A stretch of 63,681 nucleotides of DNA, the filler included, from Octopus bimaculoides (lineage: Eukaryota), in the NCBI RefSeq assembly GCF_001194135.2. It is 4 parts of 3 records of this genome, joined end to end, with 100 filler letters (N's around TTAATTAATTAA, not from the genome) between each part and the next. Parts side by side here need not be neighbours in the genome. Positions count along the whole stretch, not along the records: positions 28,332 to 46,226 come from NC_068987.1; positions 46,327 to 56,140 come from NC_068984.1; 2 more parts are not named here. The stretch is one strand, 5' to 3'. The notes under the pieces were generated by a model. The model saw nothing but the letters and a program-made list of their open reading frames with translations, was not told where the DNA came from and ran no database searches. Positions 41,211 to 55,660 of the stretch are shown here, piece by piece. A program made the position numbers and the translations under genes. Every line of letters starts with the position of its first letter. Within the stretch, counting starts at the first letter, position 1.

Positions 41211-42833
41211 CAGTCTCTCACAGAAATATGTATACTCCTAACAATTTTCAGTAAAATTGCCATTACTCTGACAATATCGAAGGAAATCAAACGAAATTTA
41301 TACTGAATAAAATATATTATACATGCAATCATTATACAAATATGGAACACAAAACAATAAGCATTTTTTAAAAATATTAATTTTCAGACCTTACAACAAT
41401 TTGTACACCCTGAAGGAAATCTGCTGTATTCAATATTTTATCCACATTTTTTTTACTAAATTCAGATATTTCTGATAATTTTCAATTCTAATAAATTATT
41501 TCTCCTGGCATTTTTGCACCGGTCATTGTTATTGCATCTGCAGGAATTCTGATTTGTGCACCGTGATAACAAAAATAAAAAAAAATCTTCATTGTGATTA
41601 GAACGGCACCAAAAGGAAAAGAATTGTCTGAAGATTTGAAGAAAATTATTTTTAATTTGCACAAGAATGGTTTAGGATACAAGTTAATTAGCAAACGAAT
41701 ACATATTAGCGTAAACACAGTTGCCAAAGTAATTCAGAGGTACAAAGCTACTGGACGGCTAAGCAATAAACATCGTCTAGATCGTCCTTCTATTCTAATT
41801 GCGTGTGATATTCGCCACAACCAACGTTGCGTGATGGACAACAGGCAACGTACTGCTTCATCTTTGGCCCAAGAAGTGTCTTCTGTTAGTGGAAATAGTG
41901 TTTCCGCCCAAGCAGTTCGCCGAAGTTTGAACCAGTGTGGTCTTCATGGATGCATTCCTTGTAGGAAGCCTCTCCTCACTACCAGGCATAAGTCAACTCG
42001 TCTTTCTTTTGCCGAAACCTATGTAAGGGGAAGGAGTTTTGGAATGGACGAGACTAAAATCAACTTGTTTGGGTCAGATGGTATTAAACGAATATGGCGA
42101 CGTCCAGGAGAAGATAATAGCGACAAATGCAACGTGCCTAGCGGGAAACACCGTGGTGGAAATGTTATGCTTTGGGAATGCATGAGTGCGGCTTGTGTGG
42201 GAAGACTCACATTCATTGAGAGAACGATGGATTCAAGGCTTTATTGTGACATATTGCAGAAAACAATGCTGAAAAGTATCAAGGGACTAGAAAACAATTC
42301 CATGTTCCAGCATGATAATGACCCTAAACACACTTCAATGATGACGACTAAGTTTTTATTAGATAAAAATGTAAAAGTATTGCATTGGCCTACCCTGTCA
42401 CCTGATTTAAACCCAATAGAACATCTGTGGGGCGTTTTGAAAAAGAAGGTTGAGGAGAAAAAACCTGCAATGTAACACGGTTGAAAGACATCATTCAAAA
42501 TGAATGGAGGTTGATATCATTGGTTATATGCGGGAATTTAGTTGACTCTATCTATGCCCAGAAGACTTAATACAGTCATTGAAAGCAAGGGAAGTCACAC
42601 CAAGTATTGAATATAGTAAATAATCCTTTAGGGTGTACATATTTTTGTATCGTTTGAAAATTAATAATTCGTTAATATCTTTGAAAATGTTTATTGCTTT
42701 GTGTTGCAGTTTAATTTGTATAATGTTTGAATGCTTGAATATATTTTATTTACTATAAATTTCGTTTGAGTTCCTTTGATATTATCAAAGTAATGGTAAT
42801 TTTATTGAAACTTTTTAGGATGTAATAACATTT
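41211..42833 (+). mobile_element. Tc1-family DNA transposon with long IR/DR inverted repeats
   Basis: Starts TA|CAGT at 41211. Left IR 41211-41416 aligns by eye with the reverse complement of 42625-42833. Each IR carries outer and inner direct repeats (e.g. ACAACAATTTGTACACCC). The extreme right tip is missing. Confidence 0.92.
41603..42610 (+). pseudogene. Tc1 DD34E transposase, inactivated
   Basis: Motifs DETKINLFGSDG, QHDNDPKH and WPTLSPDLNPIEHLW, with 34 residues between the second D and E. The likely start is ACG instead of ATG (41603). There is an apparent in-frame loss before DETK, a frameshift near 42470 and a 4-bp ctat duplication near 42548. The shifted frame continues ...MPRRLNTVIESKGSHTKY*. 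Confidence 0.93.
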
Positions 42834-43125
42834 AGATAAAAATGTAAAAGTATTGCATTGGCCTACCATGTCACCTGATTTTAAACTAATAGAACATCTG
42901 TTTCACCATTGCACTACTCATTGACAATTTTTGATATCTCGGCATTTGAAGCAGTTGGAGATTATGATAGTTTGACCAAAAGTACCGGCTATTGCAAGCA
43001 AAAATGAATATTAACAAAAAAAAAAAAGCATTTGGCCAAATTTGGACAACGATATGTAATTATATGACCGTTGACTGAACACTATTCAATTTTTTTTCTC
43101 CGTGTTTTTCTCCTTGTCTCCGTAT

Positions 43126-43162
43126 TCTTTCTGTTGAAGAGCGTAGCTCGAAACGTCAAAGA
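43126..43162 (+). ncRNA. Minimal type I hammerhead-ribozyme-like motif (variant core)
   Basis: TCTTT-CTGTTGA-A-GAGC gta GCTC-GAAAC-GTC-AAAGA. Stem I TCTTT/AAAGA; core CUGUUGA versus canonical CUGANGA; stem II GAGC/GCTC; GAAA; palindromic ACGT stem III; predicted cut after C43157. Confidence 0.55.
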
Positions 43163-43978
43163 CTTTCCGTATTCCCGAGCGTCATACTAATATATCCTTT
43201 TGTTATTTACACCACCTGTCCTCGTCTATTGTTATTATTTGTATATTCTCNNNNNNNNNNNNNNNNNNNNNNNNNNNNNNNNNNNNNNNNNNNNNNNNNN
43301 NNNNNNNNNNNNNNNNNNNNNNNNNNNNNNNNNNNNNNNNNNNNNNNNNNNNNNNNNNNNNNNNNNNNNNNNNNNNNNNNNNNNNNNNNNNNNNNNNNNN
43401 NNNNNNNNNNNNNNNNNNNNNNNNNNNNNNNNNNNNNNNNNNNNNNNNNNNNNNNNNNNNNNNNNNNNNNNNNNNNNNNNNNNNNNNNNNNNNNNNNNNN
43501 NNNNNNNNNNNNNNNNNNNNNNNNNNNNNNNNNNNNNNNNNNNNNNNNNNNNNNNNNNNNNNNNNNNNNNNNNNNNNNNNNNNNNNNNNNNNNNNNNNNN
43601 NNNNNNNNNNNNNNNNNNNNNNNNNNNNNNNNNNNNNNNNNNNNNNNNNNNNNNNNNNNNNNNNNNNNNNNNNNNNNNNNNNNNNNNNNNNNNNNNNNNN
43701 NNNNNNNNNNNNNNNNNNNNNNNNNNNNNNNNNNNNNNNNNNNNNNNNNNNNNNNNNNNNNNNNNNNNNNNNNNNNNNNNNNNNNNNNNNNNNNNNNNNN
43801 NNNNNNNNNNNNNNNNNNNNNNNNNNNNNNNNNNNNNNNNNNNNNNNNNNNNNNNNNNNNNNNNNNNNNNNNNNNNNNNNNNNNNNNNNNNNNNNNNNNN
43901 NNNNNNNNNNNNNNNNNNNNNNNNNNNNNNNNNNNNNNNNNNNNNNNNNNNNNNNNNNNNNNNNNNNNNNNNNNNNNN

Positions 43979-44035
<57 letters not shown>

Positions 44036-46192
44036 ATGTTTTTCTGTTACTCGCATGCGGACATGCCGGAGCATGGCCTTGAAGTGTTTAGATGAGTCAA
44101 ATTGACCCAATTTATTTCTAAGTATGTTAACTTTTCTACTTGCAATTATGCCGACCGCTATGTTATAGCAATGTGAAATATCCAACGGCATTTCTAAAGA
44201 TGTGGCAAGGAATATAAACTAACGCACACTTACATACACAGAGGCTCTGGCACACATACTTATTTGCTATAGGCTTCTACAAAGTTTGCTCCTACCAAAT
44301 TTTCTAGTTTATTGTTTGGTTACTAGGCTATAGGAGAAGACTCACAGCCCCAAAACGAAATTGTCTGCAAGCAAGCTTCTTAACCATACAACCATGCTTG
44401 CATTTGTATATTATGTTTGGAATATTTTTACATCACTGCCATGCGTACATACATACATACATACATACATACATACGTATATANNNNNNNNNNNNNNNNN
44501 NNNNNNNNNNNNNNNNNNNNNNNNNNNNNNNNNNNNNNNNNNNNNNNNNNNNNNNNNNNNNNNNNNNNNNNNNNNNNNNNNNNNNNNNNNNNNNNNNNNN
44601 NNNNNNNNNNNNNNNNNNNNNNNNNNNNNNNNNNNNNNNNNNNNNNNNNNNNNNNNNNNNNNNNNNNNNNNNNNNNNNNNNNNNNNNNNNNNNNNNNNNN
44701 NNNNNNNNNNNNNNNNNNNNNNNNNNNNNNNNNNNNNNNNNNNNNNNNNNNNNNNNNNTCCTGGGGCTAAAAGCAACAGTAACATCAACCCCTCGGGGTC
44801 AGCCACATTTAAGTGGCAAATATACTTCACTATATATATATACATATATATTCATAAATATATATTCATAAATATATACATACATTTATATACATACCAC
44901 TGGAACTGGAAATTAGACCTATATCTATCTATTTATCTATCTTTCTATTTAACTATCTATCAATCTAGCTATATAAATATGTATGTATGTACAATATAGT
45001 AATTCACAATATATCTATTATATACGGTGCAATATCATCAAATACAGTGGTCACAATATCATATGGGACGGATATATTCATAATTTCATTTCCGTAGGTG
45101 GTTCTCTTTCTCTCTCTCTTTTTTTTTCTTTTTTAAGAAACTTTAAATGTGCATCTATGAAATCACTCATTTTTACTACTCTTCGAATATCTATACTGAC
45201 ATTACTTTAAACATAATACATTTGGTTATTTAGTCATGTATGCATGCATGTTTATAGATAACACAGTTCTTGACATCTGGTGGAATTTTAACAGAAGTAA
45301 CCCTAATTGAGTTTTTGGATATATCTTTCACTATTTTCTTCATCATTCACATGAAGATAAAAAGTGAAATTGTGTAAGGTGATAGGATATATATTAAAAA
45401 ATTTTGTTACAATTACTGCAAAAAGTTATGTAACTTTAGGAAACTTGCGCAAGTAATATTCTAAATATCATTTTTAAACCAACATCTCACATTGAAATAT
45501 GCTTTTAATAAGCGAAAAATATTCACATTACGCTGATCTTTTTTTTTTTTTTTTGGTTTTTGCTCATATCAACGAAAATCTTTTACAAAATTTTTCGGAA
45601 AATAAAATACTCAGTTCCATATTGATGAACATTATGGCCGACCAATAAAATGCTTTCAATACAACTTACATATTCATACTGGTAGTTATAATGCAAAGAA
45701 AACTACTTATAAGGAAGAATTGCATGGAGAAAATTAACATAGCGATAAATCTTACGCAGATGAGCAAAAGCGAATGAATTTTAAAAAATAGAATATGTGC
45801 ATAAATGTTTATAAACTCCTCACTTCTTCCACTTCGTGGGTGTTAAGGTTTACATATAATTTAATGTATATGTAAAATAGTATGTAACTATGTGTGTGTG
45901 TGTATATGTGTGCACGTATGGTTGGGTGTGTGAGCTTACATACACAAATTATACTCTCACACACTTAATTTTAAACATATATGATGCGTCTATATATATT
46001 ATGCTTATAAATGCGAAAGATGAATATTTCTAAGCATCGTACGTTAACAATTTGAAACAAACACAGGTCTACTTAATATTCATTATCGGTGCTAATAGGT
46101 GTTGATTCAAGGTAGATAATACAATATATTTACTAGTGGCTTATTTTTCTTATTACATGTATCTTTGTGTGTGTGTGTGTGTGTGTGCGCGC

Positions 46193-46226
<34 letters not shown>

Positions 46227-47881
46227 NNNNNNNNNNNNNNNNNNNNNNNNNNNNNNNNNNNNNNNNNNNNTTAATTAATTAANNNNNNNNNNNNNNNNNN
46301 NNNNNNNNNNNNNNNNNNNNNNNNNNATAATCAAAAGGAATATTTTATTGAACTTATATTAAGTGCTCTATTACTTTGAGCAAATATATATATATATGTT
46401 TTTATATTATTAATAAATTTAATAAAATCGTTAATAACATTCACAGGAAATCAATATTCAAATTTCCGAAAGATATATGTTTAATATGACACAGTAATCA
46501 TTTTGAATTATAATTAAATTAAAATTAAAGATTTACAAAATATAAATATATATAAAAAATGTAAATGTATATAAAAATACATGCGTATATAAATGTATAT
46601 AAAATGTATGCGTAATTGATTATAAATATAATTCGATTAAAATATTATGAAAGTCTGAAATTTTAAAAAGCATCTTACGATCGTTTCATGGATATTATTG
46701 CCCTTATAATGTAATCTAATATAGATAAGCATATTGGCAATAATTCCGCTCTTCAGAGATGTATAGAGTTATTATATATGTGTGAAAAACGAATGGTATG
46801 TATAATAAGATGATATTAATTAAAATATTAAAAAATATTAAGAATATTAAAAATATTAAAATGTATACTGTCCTTTGAGAATTTAATCCAGACGCTGGAT
46901 TAAACTTATAACTTCGAAAAATGTTTTATTCATATGCCTGAAGAAAACAGCGATGCAAGTATTTAGGCAATCTTTATATTTCCAGAAGAGGTTAAATCAG
47001 AGATGTCAAGAAACGCTCTCTCGTAGCGAAAGGTGACTGTATATTTGAAATCTTCAAATTTGAAAGCCACTTTCTCATTAAAAAAACGTAACACTTTCTA
47101 AACAGTGTAAACTTCAATAATTGCTTTCTTTTGGTAAAAGTTATATACTGATAACTAATTAATAAGCACCTTTCTTTATTATAGTATATAGGTATATGTT
47201 TATATGCTTGTAGATTGTGTTTTATGATGGATTGTACTGTAAGCAACAGTAATCCATTATATCCAGGGTGTTTCTGAATGCAATCTACTGTTTATTGCCA
47301 CAGCTGATGTGCATATCTGGTTGCTTGTCCTTTGTCATTGCAGAGAGTGAGTTTTAAAATTAACGAGAATTGCCTCGGCAATCTTACTTCTATCTCTGAC
47401 ATGTTATAATATTACTGCGTTGTTCAGCTGCAGCTGACCGTATCAATGGGATTTGCTACTGTAAACAATAGGAGCAAAAGACAAACACACACACACACAC
47501 ACACACNNNNNNNNNNNNNNNNNNNNNNNNNNNNNNNNNNNNNNNNNNNNNNNNNNNNNNNNNNNNNNNNNNNNNNNNNNNNNNNNNNNNNNNNNNNNNN
47601 NNNNNNNNNNNNNNNNNNNNNNNNNNNNNNNNNNNNNNNNNNNNNNNNNNNNNNNNNNNNNNNNNNNNNNNNNNNNNNNNNNNNNNNNNNNNNNNNNNNN
47701 NNNNNNNNNNNNNNNNNNNNNNNNNNNNNNNNNNNNNNNNNNNNNNNNNNNNNNNNNNNNNNNNNNNNNNNNNNNNNNNNNNNNNNNNNNNNNNNNNNNN
47801 NNNNNNNNNNNNNNNNNNNNNNNNNNNNNNNNNNNNNNNNNNNNNNNNNNNNNNNNNNNNNNNNNNNNNNNNNNNNNNNNN

Positions 47882-47945
<64 letters not shown>

Positions 47946-48509
47946 AGATAACAAGTTCTTGCCTTGCAACCCTAATATGAACATATTGTCATTGTTTAAG
48001 CCCCAGTCAATAGAATGATTCAGCAAACCTACGCATTGTATATGATGTTCCCACGATGGTATTTCCGTAGCTTTTCGACTGCATACATCTAGCACTATCA
48101 TCTTTAATCTTATCTTTTACTCGTTTCATTCACTGGGCTGCATCGATTACTTCTGCACCACCTTGAAAGGTTTAATCAGATGAGTCAGCACCAAAGCATA
48201 CATTTTCGAATGTTTGCTGCCTATTCTATTGATGCCGTTTGCCGAACCACTAAGTTATCAATTATCAGTTTTTCTTACTTTTTCTTACTTTTCCTTAACT
48301 ATAGATAAACTTCCGTTTACTCTTTTCCAATCATTTATAAGCATTAATACTAATTACTCATGATCACATATAGGTAATACACCAGGACTTATTCTTTGTA
48401 AGCCTAGTACATATTCTGTCGGTCTCCTTTTCCCGAACCGCTATGTTACGGGAACGTAAGCACGCCAACATCGGTTGTCAAGCGATGGTGGTGGGGACAA
48501 ACAGACACA

Positions 48510-48564
<55 letters not shown>

Positions 48565-49116
48565 ACACATACACGCACACATACACACGAAGTGTCGTCT
48601 GTCGGAAGAAAGAGTACTCCTTAATATAATAGAGATTAGTAGCGTCCAGTGAGTCGAAGATTCTGCCTACTCACAGAGCCTGACTCAACCAATATACAGT
48701 TGTACCGTCGCAGAATAGTATTGGGGAAAGATTTATGTGTTCGATTTTGTTCCATAGCAAATATTATCTATTTTTAGATTCAATAATAACAGTAATAGGT
48801 AACAGCTCTCATATGAGACGAAATGGGAATTTCATAACATAAAATATAGTTTTTAAAGATGTCCTACAGCTGTTCTTTTAGCGCCACCAATGTGAGTTTA
48901 CACCGACTTAAGAATCAAACGCTTCAGAGAAAAGAAATTCTATTTCAAATGAATTAATGCAACTCTAGTCTCCATAAACCTCCCAAGATTTTATTGTCTT
49001 CAAAATAACCGGGGATCTTTCAATGGTACACAACATTGTATATACCTATTTACATAAATACAGACGTACACAACGCACAAAACACACAGAGACACACAGA
49101 GTTTAGATAGATGTTA

Positions 49117-49148
<32 letters not shown>

Positions 49149-49158
49149 NNNNNNNNNN

Positions 49159-49192
<34 letters not shown>

Positions 49193-51738
49193 AATGAGTG
49201 CGTTCGTGTGTCTGTATTTTGTTATATAATTCCCTGCTATATAAAAGTGATGGGCGGAACAAAGAAATTTTGTTTCTTGTGTTAGGAATTTAAAAGAAAC
49301 GCGATCTTAACTAATACAAATGGAATTCTTTGATTTACGTCTATTGATATAGAATCTGAAAAATAAAGAATATATATTCGTTCTCCCTAGAGAACATCAA
49401 TAGTGGCAATAACATTCATTTTAATATTTTGTACTAAATCTCATCGGTATACCGAGGGATTTTACCGGAAACTATACTGTATATACCGTATGTATAAGTG
49501 TGTTTGTGTAGATGGTGCTTAAAATAATAATGATAATAATAATAACAATAATAGCATAGATTTCTAGAATTTCTTTCAGCATACAATAGCACTTCTATTT
49601 ATTGTTACTGGATACAATGACCGGGCATATTTGCACTGGTTCACTATTTTATATCGAATCCGGTGAGGATGAGCTTGGATTACATCCTATATTTGTACAG
49701 TAAAATACTGTTTTCTTTTAAGAAAAACCTTTATATTTTTCAACGACAGAGGAGGAAACGAAGAGCTAAACTGTGTGGCATTTAAGTCGATCTCCTAACA
49801 GATTTTAGGAGTGTAAATAGCGAATCATATCTGTTTTTGGCGCAAGGACAGCAATTTTGAGGGAGAGGGTCACTCGATTACACCAAGTGTTCAACTGATG
49901 AATATTTTATCGGATCGAAAAGTTGACAGGCAGAACGTAAGGCCGAAAGAAATGTTGCTAAACATTTTGTCCGGCGCGATAATGTTTCTACCCACTCACC
50001 GATTTTAAGTTTGAAAACAATAGTAAATGCTTTCCTAAATTTTTCACTTCCTGTAAAAGTGATCTTTAGGGTCACGTATCAATAACGTGCACAAACTCCA
50101 GATCTTTTCTGGCCGATCATAAGAGCAGGCACAATCCGCCATCATGCCCTGTTACTTGATGATCTGCATTTTCTAACTAAAATGGCTGACTGATGTAACA
50201 GTCATAGCAGCGCATGTGGAAACTTCTGCTTTCATCCATTACATACACGCACGCACACACACACACTCACAACAGTGTGTATGTGTGTGTGTGTGCATAC
50301 ATATATGTATGTGAACGCACACACATATGTGTACGTGGATATGGATGTGTGTGTATATATAAAATAAATATACAAATGTATGTATGCATGGCAAACGAAA
50401 TAAAATACAGAAAAGAAAAACAACAAAATGACAAGATAAGTTCAGACTCAATGCAATGTTCCTTGTCTGTCCTTGAATGGTGGAAATAGGGGGAAATAAA
50501 TGAAGAGTAAAGGAGAAACTGGAAAAAGAAGGGAGAAGCATGAAAAAGAAAAGAAGATTGAAAAGAGCAATCTTGACGAGAGAAGCTGTGTGGTATTGAT
50601 CCTCATATTTTGCCGCTGACGGACCAAAAGTAAGAAGAGACTAAACGGGGACATTTTTGGCAAAAGACTGAATGTACAGGTTTTAGTGAATGACATTGCG
50701 TTGTCAGTATATTGAAACTGAATCACTTCCATAAACAATTGTCACAGAAATACATAAAAAAGTAGTTAAGCTATTAGCGAGAATCTGTGAAGGATCATGG
50801 GTTGGGCTCTGTCACACCTTTTTAACATAATATTAAAAAATACAGCCATGAATCGAAAATGATGGCTCTGCGTAACACAACAAACAAATATTTGGTTTAG
50901 AGAAGTGGGTTTCTCATTTTTTTTGTGTCATCTTTTACTTTGGTGGACCCCATAAGCATTCGATGTTTTAAAAATTCTATTGAGGTTTTTATAATTAAAT
51001 ATTGTTATTCCAGGCCCTGTTCTTAAACTAGAAAAAGATATTTAAATATTATTAGGAAGTATATAAAAAATTGTTAAAATATATTGTATATTGTTGAAGT
51101 ACAATTTATTGCTCATGAATTATAACTTCCTAAATTCTATGGAAACTGAATATTTACTCCATGAACCATTTGCTGTCTTGTGTATTACGTGTGATACACA
51201 GGACATTTTCCTTGCATCCACGTAATATATGTGATACACATTCCCATTTTCCCCCACCAGCGTAACTAGGGATTAAAGAAAGGACGGCTTTATATTATTC
51301 AGAACAGATGAAGCAAAGGCTAACAAAAACCTGAAAATAAGGACGGCTGTTTTAGACAAACTTATGAAAATGCTTTGGACAACCGAAGGGTTAAGTGATT
51401 CAACAACAATCTACCACAGTTGTTGCCATTTTTCCTGTAACAGTTATTTCAACAACTGACTATCCTTCTCCTCTTTTTCTTTATAGTTCAATCTTTTTAT
51501 TTTTATATTTTTTTTTATTTATATCACCCCTTTTCGCGTTTCCTATTTTATTCTCTTTGTTCGTTCATTTTCCGTCTTCCTCATTCTTTTTTTCATTTCA
51601 GCATTTTATGTATACACACACACACNNNNNNNNNNNNNNNNNNNNNNNNNNNNNNNNNNNNNNNNNNNNNNNNNNNNNNNNNNNNNNNNNNNNNNNNNNN
51701 NNNNNNNNNNNNNNNNNNNNNNNNNNNNNNNNNNNNNN

Positions 51739-51831
<93 letters not shown>

Positions 51832-52523
51832 GAACGGCGGGTGTGGTTATGTCGGCGTTCGGAGAGGAAATAACAGTAAACAACCGGAACCTTTTTTTTC
51901 TGAAACAGGAAGCTCGTTTGAATTAAATAAAATAAATGGCGGCAGCTGCTGGATGTTATCTCTTTAAGAGAGTCAAATATGTTTCAGCATATCACATCAG
52001 TTCGAATCTAAGCAATGTTAATCTTACGTATAAACAAGTTCACGTTTTGTTTTATCTTATTTATTAATTCTTGTAATTTTTACTTCGCGTTTTATTTTAC
52101 TTATTTCTAGATCTTTTGTATTTATGAATTTTTATCGCTATTTATTCATTCATTTATCTGTACATACTGAGGAAAGCTTGTAAATCCTTCTGTATCCAAA
52201 TTGAGGTTTTTATATGCTTTGTCTTAACTGCTTAATGGACGTCTGTTGCACGCTTGATATTCCTATCTGTTTTATCAACTACATCTCCGACTCATTGTGT
52301 GGCAATTAGAGAATTATACAGTTGTTAAATACGAGTCTGCAATTTGTGATTGATGTTCCTACGTATAACTGATACACAAATGTTTAGTTGTTGTAGTCAA
52401 ACAATATATGTCTCCCATTTCTTTTCGTTTAATATTTACATAACAGCCACGGCACAAATAACAGTACATTAATAATGTTAGCATCTCACTGCTGCGAGCC
52501 AACTGGCAATAATATTTACAGCT

Positions 52524-54050
52524 CAAGGTAGTGAGCTGGCAGAATCGTTAGCACGCCGGGCGAAATGCTTAGCGGTAATTCATCTGCCGTTACGCTCTGA
52601 GTTCAAATTCCGCCGAAGTCGACTTTGCCTTTCATCCTTTCGAGGTCGATTAAATAAGTACCAGTTACACACTGGAGTCGATGTAATCGACTTAATCCCT
52701 CTGTCTGTCCTTGTTTGCCCCAACTTCTATGTTTAGCTCCCTGTGAGCAATAAAGAAATAAATATTTACAGCTTAAGGCGGCGAGCTGACAGAATTGTTA
52801 GCACACCGGGCAAAATGTCCAGCTGTACTTCGTCCGTCTCTATGTTCTGAGTTCAAATTCCACCGAGGTCGACTTAGCCTTTCATTTCCTTCGGGGTTGA
52901 TAAAATATATTACCAGTTGAGCACTGGCGTCGAAGTACTCGACAAAATCCTACCCCGAAATTACTGGGCTTGTGCTATAAAATAGCACGTCGGCCACAAT
53001 ACCAGGTTCTAGTTCTTCTGGTTCTCTATTTTTATAGTTCAAATCTCGCCAATACTAACTGTACCTTTTACCTTTCTGTGGGGTGGGGGGATAAAATAAA
53101 GTACAAGTCGATAACTGGGAGCAATTTTATTGCCTAATTCCTTCCTACATTTCAGGCCTTATTCTTATGTTAGAATTTATCGGTGTCAAAGATTAACAGA
53201 ATCGTTACAACATCGGCCAAAATACCTTGGGCTATTTCTTCTGAATCTTTATATTCTAAGTTTAGATCCTGGTGAGATCAGCTTTGCCTTTTATACTCTT
53301 GTGGTAGATAAGACAAAATACCAGTCAATTTAACCTATCACCTGCCAAATTTTTTTATTCATATTTTTTGGCTTTGCCAGATATCTTAGGAGTTAAAAAT
53401 AATATATAGAATTAAAATTTTTTCATATGTGAATTATTTTGGAAATTATGGTGAATTTTTCAAAAAGTCCCAAATGGGAATCGCTGAAAAAAGCATATTT
53501 ATCCTTTTCTAATTTTGGCATAAGGGCAACAATTTTGAGGAAAGTGGTTTAGTTGATACCAATGATCTCATGACTGGCTTCGAAGTAATCGTTTTATTCC
53601 CTCTCCCAATGTTGCTGGCCCTTTGTGTCAAAATTTAAAACCATTATTAAATGCGTCCTAAGGCGGTGAGCTGGCAGAATAGTTAGCACGCGGGACGGAA
53701 TACTTAGCGGTATTTCGCCCGTCGTTACGTCTCGAGTTCAAATTCTGCCGAGATCGACTTTGCCTTTCAACCTTCCTGGGTCGATAAATTAAGTACCAGT
53801 GAAACACTGGGGTCGATATAATCGACTAGTCCCCTCCCACCAAATTTCAGACCTTGTGTCTATAATAGAAAGGATTATTTTATGTGTCCTAAGCTGGCAA
53901 AATCGTTAGCAATATTTCGCCCGTCGCTACGGTTTGCCTTTCATCTTTTCGGAGTCGATAAATTAGGTACCCGTGAAATACTGGGGTCAATGTAATCGAC
54001 TTAATCCCCTCTCTCGAGCTGCCCTTCTGGCAAAATTTTGAAATCATTAT
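52524..54050 (+). mobile_element. Cluster of same-orientation SINE family 2 copies
   Basis: Copies start near 52524, 52774, 53175, 53660 and 53890, with additional fragments; identity varies. Confidence 0.75.
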
Positions 54051-54761
54051 TATATGCGTCCTACGCTCCACAAAACTTTTAAAGACTGATAATTAAGTTT
54101 GGTTTCAGTTTCATGTTTACGCAGAAGATAGATAACTTACCTGCGGCAAGACGTAGATGTTTGGTAGGTAACAACCACAGATAGACGCAGGTGTGGTTGT
54201 ATGATTAGGAAGCACGCTTTGTAAACGAGTGGTTTCTGGTTCAGTCTTACCTCGCGGCACCTCGGATGAATATCTTCTACTATAGCCCCGGGCCAACCAA
54301 TGGCTTGCGAGTAAATAGCTGTTGTGGTTCCCTTTCCGCACCGCTTAAGAACTAGTATTGGTTTATTTATGTAACGGTAACCAAGCAGTTCGGTAAAAAG
54401 AGACTGATATAATAAGTATGAGACTTACGAAGCAAAGTACGGGTGGTGATTTTTTCAACTAAATCCTTCAAGGTCGTCCACCAGTATGGTCGTAATCTAA
54501 TGGCTGAAATTAGAAGGTTCACAAGATAATCCGATTTATATGTATATATATATATATATNNNNNNNNNNNNNNNNNNNNNNNNNNNNNNNNNNNNNNNNN
54601 NNNNNNNNNNNAACTGTTGTTGGTTTCTTGCAGTTTCCGTAACTAAGCAGTTCAATAAAGGACACCGATACAATAATGTGTGTGGCGCTATAGCTGGTCG
54701 CTGCTGGAAAGAATTACCCTTTCTCTGTCTCCGTCTGTCTGTCTGTCTGTCTCTGTCTCTG

Positions 54762-54799
<38 letters not shown>

Positions 54800-55429
54800 T
54801 TTCTCTTTCTCTCGCTGATATTTATTGTTGTTTTTAACAAAGCACGTCAATAAAGGATGTTATCCCAGAACAAATACTGACCTAGTGATAGTGTGTATAC
54901 GTTAAGTATAGAAGGTTAACATAATAGCCCACGGACACTGCTCGTTTCTATTATTAATGCATAGAGTGGAGTAAACAGACAACTGCCTAACGGACTAGCT
55001 GGCTGGCTAACTGGGATGTTGGCTGGTAGGTGGATAGTGGACTGGCTGGCTGGTTGGCAAGGTGGATGGCCGACCGGTTGGCTGGCGGGCTGGCTAGTTG
55101 GTTAGTTGATTGTAAGGCTGTTAAATGTGTGTATATCTTCTGAAATAAAGGAAGACATTCAGATGTATTTGTTTGTTGAAAAGCGGTCACTTGTGAAACG
55201 TTAAAACAGTTCTTTGATCTACTGCCATAAGAGTCTTAACTGTCATCACAGAGATAGCCTGTACATACATACGTACATACATACATACATACATACATAC
55301 ATACATACATACATGCATACATGCATATACATATATAAACGTAAATTCGATAGCTCTAATCTTAATCTCTCCCCATCTTTCGCCTCTTTTTCTTCCTTTC
55401 CCCCACTCTTTCTTTCGCTTCTCGAAAAT

Positions 55430-55484
<55 letters not shown>

Positions 55485-55539
55485 NNNNNNNNNNNNNNNN
55501 NNNNNNNNAGATAGAGAGAGAGAGATATTGGTAGGTAGG

Positions 55540-55587
<48 letters not shown>

Positions 55588-55605
55588 CGGACGGGCGGAT
55601 TGATT

Positions 55606-55660
<55 letters not shown>

